Assembly: GCA_963514005.1 (NCBI GenBank)
Contig: OY740813.1
Span: forward strand, 17,174,001 to 17,238,000
Source of the DNA: Raja brachyura
Taxonomy: Eukaryota
Reading direction: 5' to 3'
Length of the DNA stretch: 64,000 bases
A program made the position numbers and the translations under genes. Numbering within the stretch: position 1 is the first letter of the stretch; the number at the start of each line of letters is the position of its first letter. The notes under the pieces are model-generated. The model saw nothing but the letters and a program-made list of their open reading frames with translations, was not told where the DNA came from and did not search any database. Shown here piece after piece: positions 1 through 14,357 of this stretch.

Positions 1-1079
1 TCTTGCCAGTCACAACCTCATTAGCAAACTGACAGCTCCTCACTGAAGAGGAAGTTATTGAATTGCTGTTGTTCTGAAGAGGAATAAAGCATAAATGGTA
101 TATATTTGACATTAAGAAAGTCAGTTTGTGAATTAGTTATTGAAACACTTCAATAAAATGTCCAATTGGAAAATCCGTCGTGAATTTACGTTTCTTAACA
201 AAGTTTATTTAGAGTGGTAAGACAGTGTATTTCTGTTCTTCAATCCAGGAAAATTGATCTTTCATGGGAATGAAGTTAGAGTCTAGTGAACGGAATTTGC
301 GGAAGGAGCTGAAGATCAAAGCTTTGATCTTTCCCAATTTTTAGCCGGACTTCCGAATATGATGGATTGGATATTGGACGAACTACACAACAAGTCAGAG
401 TCACTGGAGGAGTTGAGAGAAGTGGTGAATAGGTGTGACTGAGTGTTGTCAACATCCATAAGGAAACTGGTGCGTTTTGGGGGTGATGTCACTGAAGGGC
501 AGCATCAATATCCAGAGAGGAATGAGCAAACAGTTTAGTTCTTTCATTCAAGGTTGAAGGCTGGCGGTATCTGGTGCCATCTTTTGCAGCTGGAGCAGTT
601 CAAATTATTGACAAGATTAGGCGTCATTTACCTTCTGAGCTCATGGGTGTTTCTGAGGTTGTTGCCCGCACTAACTGAACCAATTATTCCGTGAATGTCA
701 ACCTCCGAAAGCATTCATTGATTTTTGAGCGGGCGTTGTGTATATGTCACTGCTCATCCACTCAATGGTCCATAAATGTAAAGGGTGGACACATGTGCCT
801 GTCAATATAGCCTTGACCTTTTCACAAGGTTTCACAGCCATGACTCACCCTCGATTTTCACTACCGCCACCTTTCTCGGAAAGCACTTGGGCTTGTTTCA
901 CTCAGCACATCTTAACCCAGAGGCATAACTATTAAACAAGGGCTTGTTGCTGTGCGGTACTGTTCTATGCTCTATGTTCTATGAATGTTATCCAACGGTG
1001 CTATCCTTTTTCCTCACTGGAATCACAGAACCCTAAGACCACCATCTCCATTCTCTGGAATTAAAGTTTACCAAAAGGG

Positions 1080-1645
1080 CATTCAATAAAAGAGTCATCT
1101 TGCAGCTTTATAGGACATATTTCAATCACAGGATGTGGGTGCTTTGGAGAGGGTGGAGAAAAGGTTTACCAAGATGCTACCTGGATTAGAGGGGATTTTC
1201 TATGTGGAGAAGTTGGGCAAACTTGGATGGTCTTCTCTGGAGCATCGGAGGCTGATGGAAGGGGGGAGAGCGAGGAGGACATCACAGCAGTGTATAAAAG
1301 CATGACAGGCATAGACAGGGTAAACAGTCAGAGTCTTTTTCCCCTGGGTCAAAATGTAAACGACTAGAGGATACAGCTTTAAGGTGAGGGGGGAAATTTT
1401 TTAAGTAGATATGAGGGTCAAGTTTTTTTACGCAGAGAGTGATAGGTGCCTGGAATGCGCAGACAGGGGATAATGGTGGAGGCAGATATTATAGTGGAGT
1501 TTCTAACGACTTTTATATAGACACATGGATTTGCAGGAAATGGAGTGATATGGACCACATGCAGGCAGAGGAGATTAGTTTAACTTGGCATCCATTTTGG
1601 CACGGACATTCTGGACTGTAGGTAATGTTCCTGTGCTGTACTCTA
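1080..1645 (+). mobile_element. Degenerate CR1 3' fragment
   Basis: TTGGAGAGGGTGGAGAAAAGGTTTACCAAGATG...TTTTTTACGCAGAGAGTG...GTTCCTGTGCTGTA. Confidence 0.85.
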
Positions 1646-3469
1646 CCATGGCGACACAAAAAGACACAACGCGCTTGAGTAACTCGGCGGCTCAGGCAGT
1701 ATCTCTGGAGAACACGGATAGATGATATATCAGATCGAGACTCTTGTTTCGCACCAAAGAAGGGTCCCGACCTGAAATATTACCCTTTAAGCTACCCCGG
1801 TACTTTTGTGTCTGTACTGTTCTATGTTCTATAATAACAATTACATTTGATTAGTTTAACATCATCAACCTGATTTAAGATGAACAATTTGTATGGAATT
1901 CTCCGTCAGTAAAGGTGTAAATATTTGTTAATTTACAGATTATTTTTCATTGAATAATTTGACATTAAATGTATCACTTTAAACCACATGAGCATGTTGT
2001 GATGCCGTGATGCAGTAATTCAGCTATTTCACTTCAGAGATTTGACAACTAATGATCAGTTTATCTCTCATGTCTCTGCCATCATATGTTCCTTCAATTC
2101 ACTCGTGTCCTTGTGAGTAGAGGCAGATTTACCGTTTGTCTTCTGAAAGCACATGTTAGAAAACCGTCTGGGTAAATGCAATTCATTTTTATGAATGAAG
2201 CAACACTTTGAGGTCAGAGGACACAGGAAATCCAGGAAGAGTTATTCAAATCATGTTTTCATGTTCTATATCTCACATTATAGAATTACTCCCAGATAGC
2301 TAGAACAGATAAATAACTTTAACATACAGTATCTCTAGCCATCTCAAGATATCTCAATGAAAGAAACTCAATTTTCATTTATAACTTTCAGAATGTAGAA
2401 TATTGTAAAGGTGGAATCATATGCAATAAGGACTTTATTTTTGCCATGAACTGATCTTCTTAATTGTAGAAACAAGGAACTGCAGATGCTGGTTAATACA
2501 CAAAAGGACATAAAGTGCTGGAGTAACTCAGCGGGTCAGGCATCATCTCTGGAAAACAAGGACAGATGATGCTTCGGGTCACCTCTTCTTAATTACCACC
2601 TTCAAAATAAGAAGCTGACAGCAGGGACGAAGTGTTCTTGAACCTGGTGGCATGTGCTTTCAGGATATCCCAGTTTCCACTCTCCTCCTCTTCCACCCTG
2701 CTTCCTCTGCCATCTTCCCTCTTCTTCAGCTTGTCAAAAAACCAGCTGCTATCTCCTCACTCCCTCTCACTTCTACATACTGGCTATCTTCTCCCTACAC
2801 TTTCAATCCTGATGCAGGGCTTTGACTGGAAATGCCAACATGCCTTTCCCCCAACATGCCCCCCCACCCCACCGGCAAACCCCACTCCCCCCTCCCCCCT
2901 CCCACCCCCTGTAAATTTAGGTTTTAGGTTTATAAATGAGATGTGTACCAAGTGCAGTGATAAGCTTTGTTTTGCATGCTATCCAATCAGATAATAATAT
3001 ACATAAATACTATCAAGTCAAACTCAAGTACAATAGGTAGAGCAAAGGAGAAGATACAGAGTGCAGAATATCGTTCTCAGCACTGTAGCACTTCAGATGC
3101 CTCTTGACCTGCAGGATTTCTCCAGCAGTTTGTTTGTTTGTTTGCAGCTGTAGCCGGGTCCTCTCTTACCCTACAGAAATCAACTTTCTCCCGATGCAAT
3201 ACTCGAGGATCAACCTTCCATAATTTTCTTGAAATGTAGAGGGTTATGATCGCCGCTGCCGCAGTGTCCCCCACTGACTCTTCCACCATTTGCCCAGCTT
3301 CATTTCCCAGGATTAGGTTGAATATTTCCCCTTCTTAATAGGACTCTGCACGTGGTCTCAGAAAACTCAGAAAATGCTATACGTCTTACACCATTCTGTG
3401 CTTTGCTCACAAATCTGTGGCTCTGATTCCTACTGACTATTGAGGGACCCACTCTATTTGTCTGCAAGA

Positions 3470-4072
3470 TAGCGGAGCGGTACAGTTCTGCCTTACAACG
3501 CCAGAGACCCGGGTTCGATCCTGATTATGGGTGCTGTCTGTAAGAAATTTGTACGTTCCCCCTGTCACCCATACGGGTTTTTTCCGGGAGCTCCGGATTC
3601 CTCCCACACTTCAAAGACGTACAGTATATAGGCCAATTTGCTTGGTATAATTGTAAATTGTCCCTGGTGTGTAGGATAGTGTTAAGGGCCTTCTGCGACC
3701 TTGACAGGCGACTGCCGGCACCCGTCATAAGTCGCCGAAATTTTCAACATGTTGAAAATTCAGCGGCGACCTGAAAGACGCTACGACTCTTTGGAGACCT
3801 CTCAGAACCATACAGGCGACCCCTGGCGACATACCCCTTACAGCCTGTATGGTCGTGAGAGGACTCCTATGGTCGTGAGAGTCGTAGCGTCTTTCTGGTT
3901 GCCACTGAATTTTCAACATGTTGAAAATTTCGGTGACCCATGACGGTTGCCGGCAGTCGCCTGTAAAGGTCGCGTAAGTGGAACATACCCTTTAGTGTAC
4001 GGAGATGGCTGGTCGGCGTTGACTTGTGGGCCGAAGGGCCTGTTGCCGCACTGTATCTCTAAACTAAACTAA
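3470..4072 (+). mobile_element. HE1-type tRNA-derived SINE, split by a MITE
   Basis: B box GGGTTCGATCC. CR1-like tail GGGCCGAAGGGCCTGTT...(CTAAA)n. Confidence 0.9.
3685..3991. mobile_element. PIF/Harbinger-like foldback MITE nested in an HE1 SINE
   Basis: TTA on both sides (3682-3684, 3992-3994). AGGG...CCCT ends. Arms are near-complete inverted repeats. The SINE resumes after it. Confidence 0.85.
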
Positions 4073-5324
4073 ATGAAGTACAACCCGAGCAAAGAAACTT
4101 GGATTAAGTAGAATTTAGGATCAAGAGAGGGACAGGCACTTGTTTGAAGATATGGTCCATAGGATGGTTTTGGACCAAATTGTAACCGTAAAGCAAACGC
4201 CTTTTAAATACTTGGAAAAGTAAGGCGGGAAATACAATCTCCCGAGGTCAAGAGCTCAAAGAACAGCACTGTAGCGTGGTATCAAATAAGTTGCCAAAAA
4301 ATCTTTCATTGGCTGTGATGTTCCTTCGGTTCGGATGGGCACTATATAAAATCTGCTTGCAATAATATTTTGGCAGACTTAAAATTGGTAGCATCTGCCG
4401 ACTATTTTGAATTTACAATGGGCACGTATGTGTAGACACCTCATAACATCAGCAAGCAGACTTTAAATATTATTCCCCTCCTGATAATTTGAGCGTGGCT
4501 GGGATGGCTGTCAAATTAACTGGGCCCCACAAAGTAATTAATTATTAGCACTGACATCATCTTGCATAATGCAGCCTGAAATGCCCGATAGCTTCCCTTC
4601 CTTCACAGTCGTACTTTACTGCACAGAGGAAGGCATTTAGCTCATTGCATTTATGCAGTTGATTTAATCTCAGTCTTCTTTTCCTATAATTACATAGCAA
4701 TCTCATATGTTTATCTGCTCTGCCTTTAAAAGTTACTGCAGTCCATTCTCCTTGGTAGGGTGTTTACATCCTAAAATTCTTCTGGAAAATGATTTTCTTT
4801 CATGTTGATGATGACCTTGTGTGAACTCCCAAGTTACCGGTTCAATGGCCAGAGGGAATAACTTTCCCTGAATTTTCTGTATTGAAACCTTTCAAAGGCT
4901 TCATCTAATGTTGGCGGAAGGGCGGGGTGGTTGGGTGGGTGCCCTGGGAGGATGGTGGACTGGTCATTGAGTGAGGGAGGTGCGGTGACAGCTGCCTGCG
5001 AGACTGCATGAACCTTTCAATGATACGGCAGAGCAGCTGGATAGTTGTGGAGCGGAGGAAATGTGTGGGAAAGAACTGCAGAAGCTGGTTTAAATCGGAG
5101 ATTGACATCAAATGCTGGAGTAACTCAGCAGGGCAAGCAGCATCCCTGGAGAGAAGGAATGGGTGACGTTTCGGGTTGAGACCCTTCTTAATGGAGTGGA
5201 AACGCATCGTGTTGACAAGAGCAGATCCTTGGTGCCTCAATGGCTACATGTGCACAGTTTGTAACCACCTCCGAGTGAGGGAAGTCAGCTGTTATTCAAC
5301 TGTCACACAGCGCTGTCTTATTTT

Positions 5325-5460
5325 CACCATTGCTGGGGGCATTGATTATAAAAGTCAGGAAGTCAGGATGCAGCTCTATAGGACTTTGGTTAGGCCGCAT
5401 TTGGAATATTGCATGCAGTTCTGGTCGCCCCATTGCTGGAACGAAGTGGAGACTTTGACT
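5325..5460 (+). mobile_element. CR1 fragment
   Basis: GIDYKSQEVRMQLYRTLVRPHLEYCMQFWSP. Confidence 0.9.
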
Positions 5461-6156
5461 ACCCTCAGCCAAACAGGATCCTGATACACTGATCTGACGC
5501 ACTCTACCCACTGAATAACACCTTTCTCTTTCCAACATCATCCACAACCCACTGTCTTCTCTTCTCCACAATGCACCCTCCATCCCTCCCAGTTCCCCAC
5601 CTACCTTTGCTATCCAGACTTAGAGATAATGGTTTTGCCATTTCTTTTTGATGCTTCAGGCTTAAGAAGGTGTACTATGGGAAGCAGAGGATAGTGTGTT
5701 ATGGAAAGATGAGATCAAGAATACCTCTCCTGATGTGGTTATCAACACTGCACAATGGAAACCATGGGAATTGGATCCTTATCAAAGAATTCCCAATGCC
5801 TTGCACTTCTGAGAAGAGGTGACTGCTTTGTTTTTTTGAACACTGGAACATTTTTAGATGCTGAATCAGTAAGATTCTTGTGTGTTAACCTCATTCCTGG
5901 CAGAGTATCCAAACCATACAAGGATCTATCACATATGGAAGACACAGCTCAATCTGTCAATGTTAAAATTGGCAGCTTACCTACGGGAATGCCTGTGGTG
6001 ACATTTCGGGGAATTTTGAGGCTGCAATCAAGTTTAGCGGAATTGCTTCCGGTCAAATTGAAACTGCTGGAAATGGAATCAAAAGGTCAAAGTTGTATAG
6101 CACAGAAACCAGGCATTTTGGCCGACCACACCCGTGCCTATCTTCTTTGTCCATCC

Positions 6157-6452
6157 TTTAGCTTAGTTTAGAGATACAGCACGGAAACAGACCCTTCGGC
6201 CCACTGAGTCCGCACCGACCAGCGATCCCTGCACACTAATACTATCCTACACACACAAGGGACAATTTACACTTATACCAAGCCAATTCACCTACAAACC
6301 TGTACGTCTTTGGAGTGTGCGAGGAAACCGAAGATCCCAGAGAAAACCCACGGGGGGACGTACAAACTACGTACAGACAGCACCCGTAGTCGGATCAAAC
6401 CCGGGTCTCCGTCACGGCAAGCGTTGTAAGGCAGCAACTCTACCGCTGCACC
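6157..6452 (-). mobile_element. HE1-type SINE
   Basis: Reverse-complement match to the other copies; (TTTAG)n tail. Confidence 0.9.
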
Positions 6453-6789
6453 ATCTAAGTGATCACAATGTTCAAGTGAAGCTGGATAAAGGCTTTGTTA
6501 ACCAATAACATCCTGCTTTCATCCTTCCAGAAATTGTCTCTTCATTCTTATTGTCTACATTCCTGTCAGGTTTGGAGTAAGTGCACATAGGTCCACAAAT
6601 TCAATCTTTGATTTGAGGGCTATGCAATTGAACGTAAACTTTGGGCAAAGTGAAACATAGTTATGATCTTTTCTGTATCAATGTGCATCTCTCCAGAAAA
6701 GGGAGCAGTTTCCCAGACAAAGTCACACCTGCACATCTAATACAATTTCCATGTCAGCACACATCACCTATTGCCATTCCAACTCTATC

Positions 6790-7102
6790 CCCCCCTCTGG
6801 CTTTACATTCCACTCCTCGTCTCTCTTTATCTGACATCCCTTTTGTCTCATTTTCATCTCTAGGTTTTGTCCACCCTTATGACAATCAAACCCCTCTCAC
6901 CTGTATCCACCTATCACATGCCAGGTTTTATCTTGTCCCCACCTCTTTTCCAGCGTTCTCCCCCTGTTATAATCAGTCTGAAGAAGGGTTCCGACCCGAA
7001 ACGTTTCCTATATGTCCTTTTCAGATATGCAACCGGACCTGCTGAGTTACTTCCAGCACTTAGTTGTTTGCTCAAGATTCCAGCATCTGCAGTTCCTTGT
7101 GT
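6790..7102 (+). mobile_element. Penelope-like pseudo-LTR fragment with hammerhead core
   Basis: Pyrimidine-rich tract, then CTGAAGA-AGGGTTCCGACCC-GAAACG and CCAGCATCTGCAGTTCC. Similar to 60395-60755. Confidence 0.75.
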
Positions 7103-9349
7103 TGAGATATTCTCGTTGCTCATACGTTGTCTCTGTTGGAGCAAAGTCTGGGGAACAGTTCATTATACTGGCATTCATTATAGTGCAGCTGCCCACTGGC
7201 ACTCCACGTGGATAGGTCCCATACTTCTATTCTCAGCACTTCTCCACTGTGGTATAGGACATCCACCCAGTCTATTTTCAGTGCCTCCAGATAACTCAAA
7301 CTCCATTTCTCCCACCTTACAGGCTCGTGTATACTGGCAAAACATCACAAGTTCGCAATAACAACAAGCTCGGCAATCTCAGCCCACATTGTGAGGTCTT
7401 AGCAAAAAAAAAAGAATATTTCATAGAACAATCTATTCCTATTGGTGTTTTGATATATCATGTTACAAGATATTCAACTATTTGCAGAAATATCCCCATA
7501 CTTAGCTGTGTTAGGTTTTCTCTTTCACATGCCAGTGCTAGTATGAATGAATGTACAAGAGGATCTCATGACCTTCCCTTGTGAATGAGGATAAGGGAAA
7601 AATGCGTGAGAGAAACTACTAGTTTGATCAGAAATTCGAATTGTGAAGATCAAAGACAAAAATCTAACCACACTGCCTGGACCTATCTTACAATTGCACT
7701 GCTAATTACATCTTCATGCTTCAGCCCAGGCAGTGACAGGCATCTTAAATGATAGGAACATTATAGAGCTTATTTGTAACAAAGGAAAGTGCCCTGGGGA
7801 TCCACCTCTGAGAAGGATCTAAATAGTTATTGGCTCCATTGGAAAGCTGCATTTGTGAAATGAAGGACTTGAGAAATATTGTTGGCTTATCATCCTTCAT
7901 GCAGTCAATTGTTTCTGAAAATTAGTTGCAACATTTTAAGGTGAAAGGAAGTATTTGGGGTATTTCTTGGATGCAGTTCATTCAGTAAGTTTTGGATCAG
8001 ACCTCAGTAGAGACTTAGTTCATAGATTTCAGTCTCTGAGAAATAATGCATCCAAGGATTGATTCAGGACATTTTTGAGGACTTTAGCAAATGCTGTCGT
8101 CTGAGGTAAAATCTATCAGCGTCATAATGGTGCTGAAGGAACATAGTTTAGATGTTGTTACAACTAAGTAGTATAAGTGGTCAAGTCTCCTACGGGCTCT
8201 TTCTATTTGTATTGTTTTATAAATGTGTTCCAGACTACAGTGCTCTGTGAATTTATGTCTGGAAACAACAACTGTCTCTCCAAAGCATTTCATTGTGTCT
8301 TTACACATGTGGTGTGAAGGCGAATGTCACTAATGAGCCACTGCCACCCCCTGGTGTTAACCTTCAATGGGAAAATTGTACATTGTTCCGTTTCACAACT
8401 AAATACTCATAGACAATAACAAACAGGCCATGCCAAAGGACCAACCAATGTACGACAAGACGTTTCAGAGTACACGGCAGATGTGGGGTTTGGGGTTGGG
8501 ATGCCAAGGGAGAACCGCCATAAGGGGTGTGGATGAGGCCACACCTGAGGTGAGCTTCTAGTGCGGAGGTTCGCAAGCCATGACTTGGTCAGGATGTGCC
8601 ATTGTACACAATGAGGAAACGGATCCTGTCAGGTCCTGTGCCATGCCTACTTCTTCATGTTTGGATCCAGACCATGGAGGTGCAGTCCAGGCATCCAGCG
8701 ATCTCTGTGTGTCAGTGCAACAACAACATGGAACCATGTTTATTGGGGACATCCAGCCAGTCCACCATTTTCAGTCTGATTCCTGCTTTAACTGAGATTG
8801 AATCACACAACAATGTCGATGCCAGAAAGGTACTGCCTAGGTGAGGTCTGCTATATAATTTAACCGGGTTGAATGCAAAACAAAGCATTTCACTGTACCT
8901 AGGTACTTGTGACAATAACATATTATTGACTCATTGAATGAGAGCACATTACATACCAATGACGCTTGGTGGCGTGTACCTCAGGACTGTGTGGAGAATG
9001 GAATAACCCTGCTATTTACTGATGTTTCCTTTCTGTTGTTTGATGTTTGCAATTGGTCCACGATGGTGCACTGAACAACTTGGACAACAAATTGTGCTAA
9101 CAACAGGCAGTTAACACTCAACTCTCATGAAACAGACAATGACTCTGAGGTTCCCCAACGATTAACATCTTGGGTGTAATCACTGATCGTTAAGTGGACT
9201 TTTTGACATCAAAGTTCTGATTGCAAGTGATGTTCAGGCTTTCTCATGGGCAACCTGTTTCCAACCCCCCCACCCCCACAATGTCCTTTCAACGTCTAGA
9301 ATTAAGAACTAGGACCAACCCTCACACCTGTTGCACCATTCACCATAAT

Positions 9350-9650
9350 TTTAGTTTAGTTTAGAGATACAGCATGGAAACAGGCCCTTCGGCCCATCGA
9401 GTCCACGCTGACCATCAATTACCCATTTACTAGTTCCATGTCCTGCACACTGGGAGCAATTTACAGAAGCCAATCAACCTACAAACCTGCACGACTTTGG
9501 AATGAGGGAGGAGACCGGAGCACCCGGAGGAAACCCACGCAGTCACAGAGAGAAAGCACAAACTGCATACAGACAGCACCCGTAGTCAGGCTCGAAACCG
9601 GGCGTCTGGTGCTGTAAGGCAGCGACTCTACCGCTGTGCCACCGTGCTGC
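9350..9650 (-). mobile_element. HE1-type SINE
   Basis: Head, body and tail all present. Confidence 0.9.
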
Positions 9651-10547
9651 CCCTTGCATGCCAGATGTTTTACCTCACTAACGCGTCCTCCACTTATCAT
9701 TGATATCCAAAATCACTCAAGGGCCCTCTCAGTGACTGACCCTCCATCAAACCTCTTAGGCAGAGATTTCCAATGGTTCATGGCTCACAGGCTGAAGTGA
9801 TTTCTCCTCATCTTGGTACTGAATAGCCAACCCCTTAATTCTGCGTTGGTGGCTCCTGGTTCTAGACACCCATCAACTCTGCTAGTACCCTGGCAAGCCA
9901 GGTAAGAATTTTGTACGACTCAATGGGATCATCTCTCATTCTTCTAGAGTTGAGAGAGCGTGGTTTTTGGGATCATTCACTCCCACAAGGTTCAAGTGAG
10001 CACAAACTTCACCTAGGCAAGTGCAGCCACATAAAACTCAAAGTGCTTGATTCGTAAACCCCCTCAAATGAATGTAACATCCAACTGCTTTACTGCCGCA
10101 GCTGCCGGGAGAACAAGTTGCAGGATGCACTGCAGCACACTGATGCGACATCACCGACTGCCTCATCAGCTTTGCTATCAAGAACAAGGACAGAAATACC
10201 TTGGGAACTTGCAGATAAATTACCAGTACTTCAATGCGTCTGGGTCAGAACCTTTGGCATTCTCTCTCCATTAGCACTAGACTGCAGCATTAACCAAGGA
10301 TGTCCAATTAATGAGGCATTACTCACCACTGATTTCCCAAGAGAAAGTTGCTAAAAATATAATTCATATGAGATTTGAAGCAGAAAAACAAATTAATGCA
10401 AAGAGCAAATGCTGCTTGGAGCATGAACATATATCAAAAGTGTGTCCCAACAGTAGCAATTGTACACATGGCAACAGATAAATCTAAATCTGCATGAAAA
10501 TATTGGTTGTAAATCAATGATATATTAAGTTGTACTCTGAATGCACA

Positions 10548-10846
10548 GGGTGGCACGGTGGTGTAGCAGTAGAGTTACTGCCTTACAGTGCCAGAAACCC
10601 AGGTTCGATCCTGACGATGGGTGCTTGTCTGTACGTTCTCCCTGTGACCTGTTTTGGTTTTCTCCAAGATCTTCGGTTTTCTCCCTCACTCCAAAGACGT
10701 ACAGGTTTACAAGTTATTTGGCTTGATATAAATGTAAAAACAATTGTCCCTGGTGTGTGTAGGATAGTGTTAGTGTGCGGGGATCATTGGTCGGTGCGGA
10801 CGCGGTGGCCCGAGGGCCTGTTTCCGCGCTATATCTCTAAACTAAA
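10548..10846 (+). mobile_element. HE1-type SINE
   Basis: A box TGGTGTAGCAGTA, B box GGTTCGATCC, tail. Confidence 0.9.
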
Positions 10847-12264
10847 CGGTTGAAAATCATTAATAAAATGATTAAGTAAAGGCCACCTGATACTCACAGA
10901 AAATGAAACAAAGCACACACTACTTCCTAGGATGTTTTGGGTTTGGTAATAAGTAATGTTTCAGTCAGGTAATTGAACTGTCCTAGTTTGGCATAAACAC
11001 CATGTTTAAACGTAATTTTCCAAACCAAAATTAACAATCCCACATGGAGTTAATTGGACACAGTATTCTAATCTTTTCCTGGACAAAGCAATAGGGCTTG
11101 AGCTATTTTTAAGAGGATTAGAATTATTATTTGAACTCACTTTTACTAGTCCACTTGAGCAATAGAATTTGCAGGGTGGATTTTAATTGAATTATTATCC
11201 TCCTGCAATTACTTTCAGAATTCTTCCCCTCTGCAAGTGAGTTTTTAACAAAGGCATCACTGACTGCAGGTCTAATGTTACAACACACTGCTGTGTAATT
11301 TTAGTTCCAGAGGCTGGTGTTGATCGGAGAGAATCAGCGGCCTGTACAGTTATTTTGTTTTCATTGTGAAAGGTAGGTTCCCGTGTTAGTCGTGAGGATG
11401 AGGGGAGCTTGGTGGTGGGTGAACAAGCTGACGATGCTGAGGACTTAGCTAAATGAAAGCAATGACAATTCCTGCAGGCCAAGATGGCAAGCTGGCTGGG
11501 GTCAGGGGTTATGGGGAGAAGGCGGGAGAATGGGGTTGGGAGGGAGAGATAGATCAGCCAAGATTAAATGGCAGAGTAGACTTGGTGGGACGAATGGCCT
11601 AATTCTGCTCCCATCACTTATGAACATGGACGAATAGACAAACGCACAACCATATCAGGCTATGAACAGGGATATCTCGAGAGGACAGTGGGAGCTCAGT
11701 TCGTTGAGTCAGGTCAGAGTCATGGATTCATATAGAATGGAAACAGGCTTTCAGGCCACTATGTCCATGCTAACCACTGAGTACTCATGTGCACTAATCA
11801 CATTTATCGTCACTTGGCTTCACTCCTCTCAGGCAGTGCCTACCAGATTGCAACCACCCTCTGGGTGAAAACCTTCTTCCTTATTACAGGCACATAGACT
11901 CAGACAAACACACAAAAACAAATTGTATGTAAACTCTACATACATTCTGCTAGAAGGTAGAAAGTAAAACGTGTAGAAAACGAGACATTAGTGCAGAGAA
12001 AACAAGTCCATGGCAGAGTATGGTGGTCTGAGGCTGAGGTGGGATTAGCAGGTCAGTTCAAGAACCTAATAATTGTAGCAAAGTAGCTGTTGCTGAACCT
12101 GGTGGTGTGGGACTTCGGGCTTCGGTACCTCTAGCCCGATGGTCGCAGTGAACAGAGGGCACGGCTCAGATAGCATGAAGCCTTGATGATAGATGGTGCC
12201 TGCTCGAGGCAGAGCATCAGGTAGATGCTTCAATGAGAGGGAGAGCTGTGCCCATGGTGGCCCC

Positions 12265-12530
12265 TACTGAGGCACACAATATAGCAGCTGTGGCCTAACC
12301 AATGTAAGCACAAAGCTGTACCATATATCCTTGCACTTATATTCTCTGTCCAAACTCGTGAAAGCCAGCACCCCATATGCCTTCTCCACCACCATATATA
12401 CCTGTGTTGCCACTTTCAAGGACCCTTGGCCCAGTACATCAAGGCCCCCCAATTCCTCAATGCTCCTTAGGGCTCTACCATGTAGGTCCTACTGTTATCT
12501 GACCTCCAAAAGTGCACCACCTCACACTTA
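12265..12530 (-). mobile_element. CR1 fragment
   Basis: SLKVATQV...KAYGVLAF...LVRPQLLYCV. Confidence 0.85.
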
Positions 12531-14357
12531 TCAGACTTTATCAGGCGCAGGTTGTATCATTAGTCCTTCCTGATGCAAAAGGAAACTTGAACAATTATCA
12601 ATATGTATTTTCTAGCCTAGAATCCAGGTTGTTTCTGCCTGGGGAGGCAACATGGAACTGACCCGTCGACAACAAATGGGTGTGATTTTCATTTTCCAGC
12701 GAAGGACTCCCATCTTTGCTGCAGGTGCCTCGGTTAAAATTAGGAAACGGCGGAACGGAAGTTTAATCGAAAGATCACATCAAGTGTTGTTTTTAACAGC
12801 TCCCCCTCCATCACTGGCCCACATCACCTCCACTTGGTGCAGGCAGGTGTGGGCCAGGGGAGGTGAAGCAAGTTACTGAGCGTCTGGGAGAAAGGGAAAC
12901 TTACAGTAAACCCATCTCTTAATTGAGCCTTTTCCAAAAAGAAGTGATGAGGTCGGTTTGGATGATTCCTGTGGTTAGTGTGGGTTTCGGGGGAGGGTTT
13001 CCGGGCCGACACTAGACTTCATGACTGCACTGCGTAGGCAATGTGCTCAAGTTGGAAGCCTATCAACTCACCCTAGAGAATCAGGCAGGGGGTTAGCCAA
13101 GACGCATGTGTAATTGCTGGAATCATACCCCGACTTGATTTAATGTCTCAATACAATAAGCTGTGTGCTACCAGGGGTTATATGAGTTGTTCAAACACCT
13201 CATTGTGACCACATCATTGAGAAAATCAAGAGACTTGGGACCTCTGCACAAAGGCAACAAAATCACACCATTGTCTAGAAGTACAATTGCATAACGGTGC
13301 TTTCCTCAATGTTACATAATAGAAGACTGATGTAAATCACACCTATTTCAGTGTCAATGGTGCATTAAGTAACTATGGTTGTCCTCCCCTGATATAACCT
13401 CCCAACGCGCATCACCTTGTGCTTATCAGACTTTATCAGGCCCAGGTCTGGTCATTAATCCTTCCAAGCTTTTTGGAACACAGTGGGGGAACTTGGACCA
13501 CGTTGTCTGCAGAGTAACTTTCACTGGGCAGTTGACGCCAACTTACCCCAAAATGACCTGATAGCCAGCCCCTGATGTACTGAGCAAGTTGGCTAGTGTC
13601 GCTGAATTTCCATTCCCGGCTAGACTCTGGGTGACATATCCAAGATTTAAGTTGATAGATGTATCTTCTCTGACAAGGAATTTATCTGGCTCTCGGGCCA
13701 AGCTTAGTATTCTGAAAAATTATCCATTTATGCGGTGTTTCTAACATCTATTTGGCAACCTAAAAGGACTTTACGGTGACGTATCTTGTATGTAGAATAG
13801 CCTCCACTATTGCAGGAACACAGCTGTCTTGCTAATAACGTGTTAATTCTGAGACTGATCCTTTTTAAGAATGTAGATTGGGAGATAATTACTGGCCCTT
13901 TGAGAGTGTTGTGTACCATATTTGTCTTAAGTAATAATGGCTGTGCACCCTTTTAAGAATTCTGGCATGATACCTGCTAGTCTTGGTTTGTTGCCCCAAA
14001 TGGTTTCAAGTGTGAGTTTACAGAAGCTGTTGGTTCTTTAGACGTTGCCACAAGTTCTGATGAAGGATCTTCGATCTGATAAGTTAACCCTGTTTCTCTA
14101 CCCACATCCTCCATCCAGTCCATCTGACAATGCATTGCGTGCATGATTTGCAGAGTATTTCCAGCATTTTCGTCAATGCAAGAGTGAATAATAAAATGTA
14201 AATAATAAAATGAAGTATCTTTGTGTGTCAGTTTATTCAGTTCCAGAAAGGAGATTTGGATCGTGACTCAGGAGATTACATGACACAGAGCCATAACTAA
14301 CATCACAAGGCCATACCCACATTGGGAGAGCACATAACTCATTTGGTTTTCCCTTGA

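Noticed and set aside
5755-6171. 138-aa ORF as a host gene
   Set aside because: No recognisable domain; it runs into a SINE tail and has no exon support.
10548-10615. tRNA genes at A/B-box motifs
   Set aside because: These are SINE heads followed by SINE body and tail, with no complete cloverleaf.
13421-13435. GCTTATCAGACT resembling miR-21
   Set aside because: Partial match only, with no pre-miRNA hairpin, and it lies within a local repeat.
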